A model generated the notes under the pieces. That model was not told where the DNA came from and did not search any database. It saw only the letters and a list, made by a program, of their open reading frames with translations. A DNA stretch of 33,500 nucleotides from a virus. Lineage: Duplodnaviria > Caudoviricetes. The DNA lies in the IMG/VR virus record IMGVR_UViG_3300033067_000378, positions 1 through 33,500 of that record, one strand, 5' to 3'. Position numbers and translations under genes: made by a program. Below are positions 1-8,450 of the stretch, piece after piece (the stretch's first letter is position 1; every line of letters starts with the position of its first letter).

Positions 1-402
1 CTGTAGCCATAGTTTAACCTCCGGAGCGAGACCTTTACGGATAGCATTATTATATAAAGATAGTACGACGTTCTTCGTAAGGTTAGTAGCCCACGCTCGA
101 ACTTCGTTAAGTCCGTTTATCGCTCCTAGAGTTTTATTCCAGTCGGTAAGAGTATTTATATCGACGTTAAACCTTTCTCCGAACTCTCCCTGAGTACGAA
201 TATCTATAAGGTCTAACATAGCCTCGTCCTCGATACCCATACTTATAGCGAAGTCTCTCGCCGTCGGTTTCATTTTAGTTGCCCTATCTACAGGAGGATT
301 TCGTAAAAGAGCCGGTATAGTCTTCCAGAGACAATACATTTCGTACTCTTTTTCTTTCTTCGGCTTGATTTCGAGTATTTCGGTGTTAGTAGGTGGTCGC
401 AT
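1..402 (-). CDS. terS: Terminase small subunit, 5' part (runs off window start)
   Basis: Manual translation from ATG at 402: MRPPTNTEILEIKPKKEKEYEMYCLWKT...TQGEFGERFNVDINTLTDWNK...EVKLWLQ, open to position 1. HTH-like segment. On a circle it lies directly upstream of terL. Confidence 0.7.
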   Translation of the reverse strand, partial: MRPPTNTEILEIKPKKEKEYEMYCLWKTIPALLRNPPVDRATKMKPTARDFAISMGIEDEAMLDLIDIRTQGEFGERFNVDINTLTDWNKTLGAINGLNEVRAWATNLTKNVVLSLYNNAIRKGLAPEVKLWLQ

Positions 403-411
403 ATTAGTACC

Positions 412-420
412 AGTATATCA
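412..420 (-). promoter_or_regulatory. Extended -10 promoter (TGATATACT) upstream of terS
   Basis: Minus strand TGATATACT-ggtactaat-ATG. Confidence 0.5.
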
Positions 421-442
421 CGAAAAGTAAAGAGCGTAAGGA

Positions 443-697
443 TTATTTCTCTATAAGTCGGATAAGTTCTTCCTCGAAGTCTTTACCTAAAGTACCCCAG
501 ACCTTAGTATAGATATTAAAGTACTTTAGAGACGTAGGGTATATATCTACCTTTCCGTTAACTCTAAACTGATAAGGCGTAAGATGTTCTACTCTATAGC
601 CTTTCTCTTCCGCTAGGTCTAGTAGTTTACAGGCGTTAAGGTTAAGAGACTTCCTCTTCCTTTCCTTTAATGCTTGGCGTTGAGTTTCTCTACTCAT
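443..697 (-). CDS. Hypothetical phage protein
   Basis: 84 aa ORF, coupled to the upstream gene by TAG-T-ATG. Confidence 0.75.
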   Translation of the reverse strand: MSRETQRQALKERKRKSLNLNACKLLDLAEEKGYRVEHLTPYQFRVNGKVDIYPTSLKYFNIYTKVWGTLGKDFEEELIRLIEK

Positions 698-698
698 A

Positions 699-1022
699 CT
701 AGCGTTTTAAGATAGCCTCTACTTCTTTCTTGATCTGTTCCTCGCTCTTATACGTTCCGGTATATATAGGCTCGTAGTAACTATCCGGATACTGTCTCCT
801 TAGAGTTCTCATAGTCTCTACGAAACCTACCGCTCTAAAGAAGTCGTCGTTACCGTTAAGGAGATTATAGTTAAAAAGAGAGTTAATTTTACTAAGGATA
901 GCGTATAGAGGATAGAGGATAAAATATAGAGGACGAGCCTTTTTATATCCGTGCCAAGTAGGATTATGATACTCGAATACTACCTTATGCCAGTTTATAT
1001 ATTTTCCTGTATCTACTTGCAT
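699..1022 (-). CDS. Hypothetical protein
   Basis: 107 aa ORF in a tightly packed operon. Confidence 0.7.
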   Translation of the reverse strand: MQVDTGKYINWHKVVFEYHNPTWHGYKKARPLYFILYPLYAILSKINSLFNYNLLNGNDDFFRAVGFVETMRTLRRQYPDSYYEPIYTGTYKSEEQIKKEVEAILKR

Positions 1023-1405
1023 AGTCGTATTTCTCTAGTACCGGAGTTATTAAAGTCGACGTGGTAGGATAGTTTCGCACGTCTAGGGAATGAGTACCTT
1101 TTAGTAAAGGCGAGTATATCCTTTCTAGGGTTAACGTTATAAGTGCCGTCCGGAAGTTCTAGGAGTAAGCCTAGTGGTATATGGATAGTCTTAATACCTT
1201 TCTTAAAGCGTATCATTTCCTTAGGAGCCTCTCCCTGTTTTTCGAGTAAGTACTCCTTAGGAGTTACCTTAAGTTTCTCGAAGTCTCTCTGTACTTTACT
1301 CATACGCTTAGGCTCGTAGTCGCATTTTTCGTTAGAGCAACAACTTCCGAAGATACTCTGTATAATTCTGCCGTCTTTACATTTAGGACATTTAATTTTT
1401 CTCAT
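1013..1405 (-). CDS. Hypothetical protein with N-terminal Zn ribbon
   Basis: CPKC...CSNEKC. Confidence 0.7.
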   Translation of the reverse strand: MRKIKCPKCKDGRIIQSIFGSCCSNEKCDYEPKRMSKVQRDFEKLKVTPKEYLLEKQGEAPKEMIRFKKGIKTIHIPLGLLLELPDGTYNVNPRKDILAFTKRYSFPRRAKLSYHVDFNNSGTREIRLCK

Positions 1406-1414
1406 ATATATAAA

Positions 1415-1765
1415 TTAGTCGTTAAGTTTAATCATAGCCTCGTTAGGGTTTCCGTCGAGGTACTTATTAGCGTCCTCTACGATTTCGAGAGCCTCTTCGT
1501 AAGTATAGATACCGGCTAGAGACTTATAAGGCGTATACCCTCTACGTCCGGCCTCCCAGTATCCCTTATGTTCCATACTCCAGATAATCCATTTATCGCC
1601 TCCCTTATCTTCTTCGATAGCGTAAGCGGAGAGCAAGTTCATAATAGCGTCGTATAGGGTCGGCCAGTACGTTCGTATATGTTCTTTTTGTGCCTCGTGG
1701 TACTCCGGATTACTCCCTCGTACCGTCCACGCACTATAGATTTCTTTTAGGAGTTTCTTTTTCAT
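1415..1765 (-). CDS. Hypothetical phage protein
   Basis: 116 aa ORF. Confidence 0.7.
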   Translation of the reverse strand: MKKKLLKEIYSAWTVRGSNPEYHEAQKEHIRTYWPTLYDAIMNLLSAYAIEEDKGGDKWIIWSMEHKGYWEAGRRGYTPYKSLAGIYTYEEALEIVEDANKYLDGNPNEAMIKLND

Positions 1766-1771
1766 AATAGG

Positions 1772-1930
1772 TTAAAATATTCTATCTATCTGATAGAGTA
1801 GTTCTTTTACTCCGTCTATGGTAGATTTTAATTCCTCAATTTCTTCTTCCTTATCTTTGACTATATCCTCGTAGTCTTTAACTTGTCCCTTAAGCTCGTC
1901 GTTTTCTTTTTCGAGTTCTTCTAAAGTCAT
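1772..1930 (-). CDS. Small coiled-coil protein (52 aa, not in ORF track)
   Basis: MTLEELEKENDELKGQVKDYEDIVKDKEEEIEELKSTIDGVKELLYQIDRIF; fills the gap between neighbours. Confidence 0.7.
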   Translation of the reverse strand: MTLEELEKENDELKGQVKDYEDIVKDKEEEIEELKSTIDGVKELLYQIDRIF

Positions 1931-1935
1931 ATAGA

Positions 1936-2088
1936 TTACTTCTTAAGTATTACGATAGGAGCGACGCTACCCTTTATCTTAATTCCGAAAGCCCTCTTAT
2001 ACTTTCGACGCTCCTCTCTATTTAGTAAAGAGAGGTCTACCGGTTTCTTTTTCTTGTCGGCGAGGCCGAGTTTATCGAGTAGAGACAT
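1936..2088 (-). CDS. Small basic protein (50 aa, not in ORF track)
   Basis: MSLLDKLGLADKKKKPVDLSLLNREERRKYKRAFGIKIKGSVAPIVILKK. Confidence 0.65.
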   Translation of the reverse strand: MSLLDKLGLADKKKKPVDLSLLNREERRKYKRAFGIKIKGSVAPIVILKK

Positions 2089-2092
2089 AGGA

Positions 2093-2290
2093 TTATCTTA
2101 AATAGCCTACTACTGATACCGGACGGTGCTTTACGCCGTACTCTTTAGCTATCTTCATACCCTCCTTGTTAACGTGTTCGATATACGGAGCGATAAGGTC
2201 TTTAGCCTTTTCTCTAGTGATACGTCCGTAGTTATAGTCGGCCTTTGCCTTGTCTGCCGTATCCTTAAGTTTTAGTGTTGCTTTAGTCAT
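2093..2290 (-). CDS. Hypothetical protein, first gene behind conserved leader copy 1
   Basis: 65 aa ORF. Confidence 0.75.
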   Translation of the reverse strand: MTKATLKLKDTADKAKADYNYGRITREKAKDLIAPYIEHVNKEGMKIAKEYGVKHRPVSVVGYLR

Positions 2291-2296
2291 ATTTTG

Positions 2297-2320
2297 TTAT
2301 AAGGTGGTTATATCCTTATA
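2297..2320 (-). repeat. Conserved leader hairpin/operator, copy 1
   Basis: Minus strand TATAAGGATATAACCACCTTATAA; ATAAGG/CCTTAT inverted repeat; near-identical copies at ~8065 and ~10736. Confidence 0.8.
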
Positions 2321-2359
2321 TACATATCTTACTATACCTATAGAGAAAAGTACAGCTAT

Positions 2360-2851
2360 CTACTTCTTTTTAGGGAACAAATCTGGGGATAACAAAAGCC
2401 TTAAAACAGCGTTCAAAGGAGCATTTTCGTTATAGGCCGTAGCCGGAGTACCGTCTCTATAGAACTTAAACCTCTCTAACTTCTCCGGATAGGCGAGTAT
2501 AAGAGCGAGAGCCGTTTCTCCGCTCCCTATCTTTACCGGTACCGGTTTCCACTTCTCGCCTAGTACTATTCGTAGGCGTCGAGCTATTTCGTACATAACT
2601 AGGATAGGTAAGTTACCACTCGTAGCGTTAAACCTATCCGGAAAGTATCTCTTAACTTTCTCCTCCGGAAACCATACCGTAGGTACTAGCTCCTCTTTCT
2701 CTCCTATACCGATTACGTCTACTCCGGCCTCTCGTAGGAACTTCGTAGAGTTACCGCACGAAAAACAGACGGCTCCTTTTATTCCGCTATCTATAAGATA
2801 CTGCTTTATTACTTGCGACCGGATCTGTTTCTCTAGTATATTTATATCCAT
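2360..2851 (-). CDS. Minimal PLP-dependent fold type II-like protein, candidate DNA modification accessory enzyme
   Basis: VCFSCGNS resembles the S(S/T)GN loop and PVKIGSGET the Gly-rich phosphate loop of TrpB/CysK/threonine dehydratase family enzymes; coupled to the MTase gene. Confidence 0.5.
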   Translation of the reverse strand: MDINILEKQIRSQVIKQYLIDSGIKGAVCFSCGNSTKFLREAGVDVIGIGEKEELVPTVWFPEEKVKRYFPDRFNATSGNLPILVMYEIARRLRIVLGEKWKPVPVKIGSGETALALILAYPEKLERFKFYRDGTPATAYNENAPLNAVLRLLLSPDLFPKKK

Positions 2852-2852
2852 A

Positions 2853-4184
2853 TTATTCTTCGTCTAGGATACCGTCTTCGTCTTCGTCGGACATTATGTC
2901 GTCCGGTATTACGTCTCCGAACTTCGCTTTAATGTTAGAGAGCTTACCCTTATAGAATACGAGTACGTTCTGGTGAGCCTTAGCTATCTTACGGCCGGAG
3001 TTAAACTGTCTACCGGCTCGAAGAGGTAGCGAGTTTATAGAGTTCGCTATTATAATTTCGTTAAAGTAAGTAAGTCCCAAGTCTAGGAAGAGAGATATAT
3101 TATCTCCGACAAAATTACGATACTCTCCGCTCTTCTTATTTCGTACCTCTCCTATCTTTACTACTAGGAAACTATCGTCCTTAAGTTTAGCGACGCACTC
3201 TCTAAAGATATTCTCGTACATAAACATAAACTCCTCGTAACTACCGAGAGCGGACATATCCTCCTTACTATAAACTTCTAGGTCGTAGTACGGAGGCGAG
3301 GTAAAGACCATATCGAAGTCGTTACCCTCGATAAGTTTACCTATATCGTTACTATCTCCGCAGACGTATTTTACGTCGTCGTAGTTTTTACAGGCCTCGT
3401 TATTGACGTCTACCTGTTCCTGTCGTATCTCGACGCCGTGATAACGGTACTTAAGTTCTCCGGCTACTACTCCTTTAGTCTGCTCTCCTCCGAAAGGGTC
3501 TAGGATTTTACCTCCCTTAACACAAAACCAAAGGTACATTATTTCGGCGAAAACAGGGTCGAAGTGGCTCGTAGTACCGGAGGCGTGGATTACTTTACCT
3601 ACTTCCGTATTAGACCCCTTAAAAAGGGTATCCTCTCTACTCTCCTCTATATCTCCTATCTTCTCTAGCCACGCTCTCTTTCGGTCTTGCCAGTATCCCT
3701 GTTTAGTATCGAGAATAGAAAAAGGAGGAACGATAAACCTCTCCGTAAGAGAGATACCGGTCTTACCGGTTAGTCCGTCCTCCTTTCCTATATCGAAACC
3801 TAAGTCGAGGTCGGTAAAGCCCCACGATTTCAGATCCGCTACGTCGAATAAGTTACCGAGAATATCGAAGTCGAAACTACCGGTATTTTTATTAAGACGA
3901 ACGTTTAACTCTTTCTCTACTTCGATATTATCTATCGAGATATAGACTACCGGTACCGTCTTATACTTTAACGCTTTCGCTACTCTCGTACGAAAGTGTC
4001 CGCCTATAATTACATTAAAGCGAGGCTCGTAGGAGTTAACTAAGATAGGGTCGACGAAACCGAACTTTTGCATATTGGCCTTAAGGTCTTCGAACTCCTT
4101 TTCGGTGGCCTTACGAGGATTATATTCGGCGTCCTTTAAGTCGTTTATATCGACGTAGACGATAGTTAGGTCTTCTTTAGTCAT
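2853..4184 (-). CDS. ParB/Srx N-terminal domain fused to an amino (N6A/N4C) DNA methyltransferase
   Basis: N-terminus YNPR...FGFVDPILVN...IIGGHFR (ParB-like); C-terminus ILDPFGG (SAM-binding motif I) and FTSPPY (motif IV). Confidence 0.88.
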   Translation of the reverse strand: MTKEDLTIVYVDINDLKDAEYNPRKATEKEFEDLKANMQKFGFVDPILVNSYEPRFNVIIGGHFRTRVAKALKYKTVPVVYISIDNIEVEKELNVRLNKNTGSFDFDILGNLFDVADLKSWGFTDLDLGFDIGKEDGLTGKTGISLTERFIVPPFSILDTKQGYWQDRKRAWLEKIGDIEESREDTLFKGSNTEVGKVIHASGTTSHFDPVFAEIMYLWFCVKGGKILDPFGGEQTKGVVAGELKYRYHGVEIRQEQVDVNNEACKNYDDVKYVCGDSNDIGKLIEGNDFDMVFTSPPYYDLEVYSKEDMSALGSYEEFMFMYENIFRECVAKLKDDSFLVVKIGEVRNKKSGEYRNFVGDNISLFLDLGLTYFNEIIIANSINSLPLRAGRQFNSGRKIAKAHQNVLVFYKGKLSNIKAKFGDVIPDDIMSDEDEDGILDEE

Positions 4185-4185
4185 A

Positions 4186-4434
4186 CTATTTTACGACGCC
4201 TCCTAGACTACTAAAAGGAGAAAAGACTACACGGTTACGAGCCTTAATCTTTACGGTCTTACCGTTAAAGTGGTCGTTAACCTTTCGAGCCGGAAACCGC
4301 TTAACTCTAAACGTTCCTAACTTGAGGATACGAACGGTACCGGACTTCTTAAGACACGTTAAAATAAACTCCTCCTGTTCCGGATTAAGTTTAAGCGTAG
4401 TTTTTCGTAGTGTTGTATGTAGTATTTCTTTCAT
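4186..4434 (-). CDS. HU/IHF-like DNA-binding protein
   Basis: VRILKLGTFRVKRFPARKVNDHFNGKTVKIKARNRVVFSP matches the HU beta-arm pattern. Confidence 0.8.
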   Translation of the reverse strand: MKEILHTTLRKTTLKLNPEQEEFILTCLKKSGTVRILKLGTFRVKRFPARKVNDHFNGKTVKIKARNRVVFSPFSSLGGVVK

Positions 4435-4440
4435 AATAAA

Positions 4441-4770
4441 TTATAGTCCTATTTTTTTAACGTCGTCGAGCGAACGGACAACATAGTAAAAGCCACCGTT
4501 AGCCTCTAGCAATAATTGGATTATCTTCTGATTATCGCTCTGCTTTCCGATAGCTGATTTTACCTCTAACCCTATAAACTTACCGGCTTTAATTACGATT
4601 ATATCCGGTATACCGCTCTTCGAAAAACGAGACGGAGTTCTAAAACTTTTATTTTTAGCGTCGTACGTTCCGATAGTATTCTGTCTCCAGAAAACTAACA
4701 TCTTCTGACGCTCTCGTATAGCTAGGTATTCGCAAATAGTATTTTGTATTTCACTTTCTTTTATAGCCAT
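4441..4770 (-). CDS. VRR-NUC domain nuclease
   Basis: ESEIQ...GIPDII...LEVKS..GKQSDNQ...GGFYYVVRS. Confidence 0.88.
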   Translation of the reverse strand: MAIKESEIQNTICEYLAIRERQKMLVFWRQNTIGTYDAKNKSFRTPSRFSKSGIPDIIVIKAGKFIGLEVKSAIGKQSDNQKIIQLLLEANGGFYYVVRSLDDVKKIGL

Positions 4771-4789
4771 ACCTATAATAAGTATAGCA

Positions 4790-5116
4790 CTAAATCACTA
4801 TACCCAGTAGGTCTTTCTTCACAGTTTCGAGAAAGATATTATCTTCCTCGTTAAGTTGATAACCCTCGCTAAGAAAGAAACGGAGTGTCTTCTGTAGATA
4901 CCGTTGGTGTTCCTCGTAAGTATGTCCGACTTTCGAATGGCACGAATGACATAACGGAGCTGAGTTAAGTGGCGAGGCTGAGATACGACCATAAATATGG
5001 TGTAACTCAAGACCGCCACCACTACCGCTACCGTTTCCGCCACACTCCCAACAGGTAAAGTTATTATAGAGGTAGTGGTTTCGTGTGTCATTAGAAAAAG
5101 GGTTATTGAGTTTCAT
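4790..5116 (-). CDS. HNH endonuclease
   Basis: CWEC...LELHHIYGR...PLCHSCH. Confidence 0.8.
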   Translation of the reverse strand: MKLNNPFSNDTRNHYLYNNFTCWECGGNGSGSGGGLELHHIYGRISASPLNSAPLCHSCHSKVGHTYEEHQRYLQKTLRFFLSEGYQLNEEDNIFLETVKKDLLGIVI

Positions 5117-5543
5117 TATCCGGAGTAGTTTCTTCTTCTTCGGTTAAGGTAGTCTTAAGATGTCTCTCGTTAACTCTACGAGCGATTTCTTTCGCTTTCT
5201 CTAGTCCTAACTCGTCTATCATTTCAGTCATAAACTCTCTATCTATTTTACGAGCCTGTCTAAGAGCGAGTAGTTCTAGTTGTACGTCTAGCGTAGCGAA
5301 ACTATCTAGGTAGTGAGCGTAACGGATAACTCCCTCTCGTACTATTTCGAGCGGTACTATCTTTATCTCCGTACCGGTATCTACTTCCGTAAAGAGATGG
5401 TTACTCTCCGGTACGTCCTTTAACTGTTCGTAGAGACCGTCTAGCCATTCGATAGCCGAAGTCTCGTACGTCTTTCCTACTTGTGTAGGTAGTTCTACTT
5501 CTACTTGATCTGCGATTTTTACTTCTTCGTTTGTTTCTGACAT
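5103..5543 (-). CDS. Hypothetical acidic protein
   Basis: 146 aa ORF. Confidence 0.7.
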   Translation of the reverse strand: MSETNEEVKIADQVEVELPTQVGKTYETSAIEWLDGLYEQLKDVPESNHLFTEVDTGTEIKIVPLEIVREGVIRYAHYLDSFATLDVQLELLALRQARKIDREFMTEMIDELGLEKAKEIARRVNERHLKTTLTEEEETTPDNETQ

Positions 5544-5548
5544 ATAAA

Positions 5549-5980
5549 TTATTTGCCCTCTAGGACACTTAAGTCTATCTTTAATAAATCTGCGTTCTCG
5601 ACTACGTTACCTACTATCTCTAGATGTCGAGTATTCTCGTCTAGGAGCATAACCGGATTATCCCACTCTACGATAAAGTACGAGCCTCCGGAGTGGTAAA
5701 CCTCGAAGAGTTCTCCGGCCTCGTTCTTAAGTATATCTCCGTGAAAGATACGTCTACCAGTCTTATCGAAAGCGTTAGTCCCCTGATATAGGAAGACGTT
5801 TACGTCGTCCGGAGTTACCATTTCCTTAACGTTTATATCTCCCTCTATCGCTAGGAAACTCGCTTTAATAAGGATACGGTTAGGTAGCGTATCGTTCATT
5901 TCAAGACTAAAAACTTTCTTAGTCTCGAAAGTTCCGTCCTGTGTTTTAAGTATTAGTTTATATATCGGTTGTACTTGCAT
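5549..5980 (-). CDS. YopX family protein (start moved to ATG at 5980)
   Basis: QGTNAFDKTGRRIFHGDIL...LEIVGNVVEN is the YopX pattern; TATACT lies 7 nt upstream of ATG 5980; the track's TTG start lies inside an RNA hairpin. Confidence 0.75.
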   Translation of the reverse strand: MQVQPIYKLILKTQDGTFETKKVFSLEMNDTLPNRILIKASFLAIEGDINVKEMVTPDDVNVFLYQGTNAFDKTGRRIFHGDILKNEAGELFEVYHSGGSYFIVEWDNPVMLLDENTRHLEIVGNVVENADLLKIDLSVLEGK

Positions 5981-6002
5981 AAGATTAAGTATAATACCTC
6001 TC

Positions 6003-6097
6003 GCCTCCAATTCGTACCACCGACGGCTAGGATATAACCGTACTAGCGTCCCTAAGGCTATGGGAGTAGCCAGTAGGTTGTGGTACGAACTAGAGGC
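6003..6097 (-). ncRNA. Candidate structured RNA (18-bp closing stem)
   Basis: Minus strand GCCTCTAGTTCGTACCAC...GTGGTACGAATTGGAGGC (two G-U pairs), inner GGCTA/TAGCC stem. Confidence 0.55.
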
Positions 6098-6114
6098 ACG
6101 AGGCCTCTAAGTTG

Positions 6115-6951
6115 TTAAAAAGGAATATCGTCTACGTCTACTCCTGTATCTCCGTAGTCTATATCCGGTAACTCCATACCCTTACCCTCGACTAGAGGAG
6201 CGGTAGAAGTAGCGTTTATAGGGTCGGCTTTAACGGTAACTTTAGACTTATCGTACTCCGTTATAATAGCGTGTAGTCTAGTCATATTTTCTTTTACCGT
6301 CGCTTTCTCTTCTTCGGTAAGTACTCGCCCTTTCGTAAAATCGGCGTAGTACTTCGCTCCTAGAGAAGTCTTATAGATAGTAGAAGTCATTACGTTAGTC
6401 ATTGTATAAAAATGCTCGTCTTTACCCATACTAGATATATAACCATAGAACAAAGTAGCCTCCTTAGGTCTTTCCTGCATAGAGAGAGAGCCTCCTTTAA
6501 TAACAAGTTTATAGAGATGTCCGGTCGCTATATCCATAGCGTAGACTAACTGATGTACTTTCATTTTAGGATATAGTCCGTCGTCTCCGTTTATCTCGGA
6601 CGCTAGTATACCGTGTTCCGTAGCCTGTCCGTTGTAGTGGTAGATACTTACTACGTCCGTCTTTGTATTATGCTCGTTAGTCTGTCGTACTACTCCCTCG
6701 TTAGTCTTCTCGATAAGTTGACGGCGAAGTTTTAACCATACTAACTCTACCGTCTTTCCGAGAGCCTCCTTAGGATACGTCTCCTTAGTTTCTCCGAACT
6801 CGTCGACTACCTTTTCTTTAGGTAGGGTCTTACGCTTAACGTAAAACTTTCCGTCGTTACCATTGATACCGATTTCGTCGAGTACCGGAAGTCGTACGCT
6901 CTGATAAGTTGTTTCGCCTGACATTGAGGCGAGGTCTTGTTCATTGTTCAT
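6115..6951 (-). CDS. Putative single-stranded DNA-binding protein
   Basis: Acidic SSB-type C-terminal tail DVDDIPF; adjacent to the exonuclease. Confidence 0.6.
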   Translation of the reverse strand: MNNEQDLASMSGETTYQSVRLPVLDEIGINGNDGKFYVKRKTLPKEKVVDEFGETKETYPKEALGKTVELVWLKLRRQLIEKTNEGVVRQTNEHNTKTDVVSIYHYNGQATEHGILASEINGDDGLYPKMKVHQLVYAMDIATGHLYKLVIKGGSLSMQERPKEATLFYGYISSMGKDEHFYTMTNVMTSTIYKTSLGAKYYADFTKGRVLTEEEKATVKENMTRLHAIITEYDKSKVTVKADPINATSTAPLVEGKGMELPDIDYGDTGVDVDDIPF

Positions 6952-7007
6952 ATATTTTTTATAGGGTATAAGGTTATTATTGAGGACTTACCATTACGAG
7001 CCTCTTA

Positions 7008-7655
7008 TTAGAAGTTAACTTCTTCGTCTAGGTCGGCTATAAGTTTCTCGATAGCGTCGTTTACTTCTTCGACGAACGATAACTCCTTAGCCTTTAGACT
7101 TTCGATATTACCGAGAATACTCTCTCTCGTAACTTCGATAACGTGCATAGGGTGGATAGTGATTTCCGGATTATAGGCTACGAAGTATAAGAGTTCTAGT
7201 TTCTCGTTAACGATAAACGCTTGAGCGACTTGGTCTTCGTACTCTTCCGGTACGGCGTTCTTAAGCCATATCTTACAGTAGTTCTTACTCTCCGGACACT
7301 TAATTTCTACGGCCTTAGTATAGTCTCGGTTCTGATCTGCGATAAAGCCGTCGGTACTAAAACCGATAAACTCGTTATCGTCGCTTTCACAAAAGGCGAC
7401 TTGGTCTACGTTAACTCCGTAGGTTATTTCGAACATAGCCCTAGCCTCCGGCTCTAGTCGATTACCTCTATCCATAGGATTTTCGTATCCCTCCGCTACT
7501 CCGTCGGTAAGTCTTTCTCCTAGTATCTCGTAGAAGTATTCGTCCTTAGCCTTAGGAGTTCCGTTAAGTTTCTTCGCTCCGGTACCGGTTATCTTACCCT
7601 TACGGATATAGTCCCAGTCCGGTGTCTGTTGGTCAAAAGTTTCGTATATTTTCAT
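7008..7655 (-). CDS. YqaJ / lambda exonuclease family protein
   Basis: QQTPDWDYIRKGKITG, MDRGNRLEPEAR, FSTDG, VEIKCP, YEDQV. Confidence 0.92.
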   Translation of the reverse strand: MKIYETFDQQTPDWDYIRKGKITGTGAKKLNGTPKAKDEYFYEILGERLTDGVAEGYENPMDRGNRLEPEARAMFEITYGVNVDQVAFCESDDNEFIGFSTDGFIADQNRDYTKAVEIKCPESKNYCKIWLKNAVPEEYEDQVAQAFIVNEKLELLYFVAYNPEITIHPMHVIEVTRESILGNIESLKAKELSFVEEVNDAIEKLIADLDEEVNF

Positions 7656-7656
7656 A

Positions 7657-8064
7657 CTATTTTATAGTCTTAAGTTCTACGCTTAGACGCTTAGCCTCGT
7701 TAATAATAGTATCGGTATTACGTTCGTCTTGTGTTAACTTAACCCAGACCTTTTTAAGTTCCTCTACGGTCTTAGCGTTACGAAGTTTAACGAAAGCGTC
7801 GGCTACCGGTATATTCGCTCTCATAGTTTCGAGTTCTCTAAGGCGGTATTCCTTATGCTCGTTAAGAAACCAGTCTCTCCAGAATACTAACGTATCCTTT
7901 ACGTCTTCGGTCTTAGCCGTTCTAAGGTCGACGATATTCGCTACCATATTTATAGCACTATTCGTAGAGTTAAAGTAAGCGATAGATAAATCCTTTCTAT
8001 CCTGTGCGTCCTTAATACTCTTCGCCTTTGCTTGTATCAAACTTGTATCTTGTTTCTTTTCCAT
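7657..8064 (-). CDS. Hypothetical protein of the recombination module
   Basis: 135 aa; coupled to the exonuclease gene by TAG-T-ATG. Confidence 0.75.
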   Translation of the reverse strand: MEKKQDTSLIQAKAKSIKDAQDRKDLSIAYFNSTNSAINMVANIVDLRTAKTEDVKDTLVFWRDWFLNEHKEYRLRELETMRANIPVADAFVKLRNAKTVEELKKVWVKLTQDERNTDTIINEAKRLSVELKTIK

Positions 8065-8095
8065 ATTTTAGATAAGGTTGGTTATATCCTTATAC
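8065..8095 (-). repeat. Conserved leader hairpin/operator, copy 2
   Basis: Minus strand GTATAAGGATATAACCAACCTTATCTAAAAT-ATG, preceded by TGGTATAAT at 8100-8108. Confidence 0.8.
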
Positions 8096-8238
8096 CTAGA
8101 TTATACCATACCTACGGAGATATATATAGAGTTATCCCCACCTATTTTTTATTATCGTACCGTATACTAAGAGTAGACAGTACCTTTACAACCTATCCAA
8201 ATATCAGAAGAACAATCTCAAAAATAATTCTTGGCAAC

Positions 8239-8267
8239 GGCTCCTATCCACAAAATAGGAGCCTTTG
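8239..8267 (+). terminator. Hairpin terminator
   Basis: GGCTCCTAT-CCACAAA-ATAGGAGCC-TTTG (short U tract). Confidence 0.6.
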
Positions 8268-8282
8268 TCTTGCTATACTAAA

Positions 8283-8434
8283 AGAGGACTAACTTAGAAA
8301 GTGAGGTGGTCTAAATCTAGCAACCCACATAAAGGTGTCCTCATAATGGACTTATCCTAGTGGACTAACGCTTACAGACGGTGTGGCTGAATACCCACCA
8401 ACTCGGAGAGAGGTCTAACGCCTCTCTCTTTTTT
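8283..8434 (+). ncRNA. Candidate ~150 nt small RNA
   Basis: Follows TGCTATACT (8271-8279); GAGGAC/GTCCTC, GTGG/CCAC and GGTG/CACC stems; ends in a terminator; no useful ORF. Confidence 0.5.
8406..8434 (+). terminator. Rho-independent terminator
   Basis: GAGAGAGG-TCTAACG-CCTCTCTC-TTTTTT. Confidence 0.8.
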
Positions 8435-8450
8435 ATGTTATACTAGCGTT

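Noticed and set aside
4819-5091. Alternative-frame minus ORFs (4819..5091, 16229..16432, 23905..24102)
   Set aside because: Nested in other frames of genes with clear motifs
6003-6097. tRNA or SRP RNA
   Set aside because: No T-loop/D-loop consensus or CCA end, and no SRP helix-8 motif
7221-8292. Plus-strand ORFs 7221..7457, 7622..7978 and 8032..8292, and similar plus-strand ORFs over structural genes
   Set aside because: They overlap well-supported minus-strand genes or regulatory elements, and show no recognisable motifs
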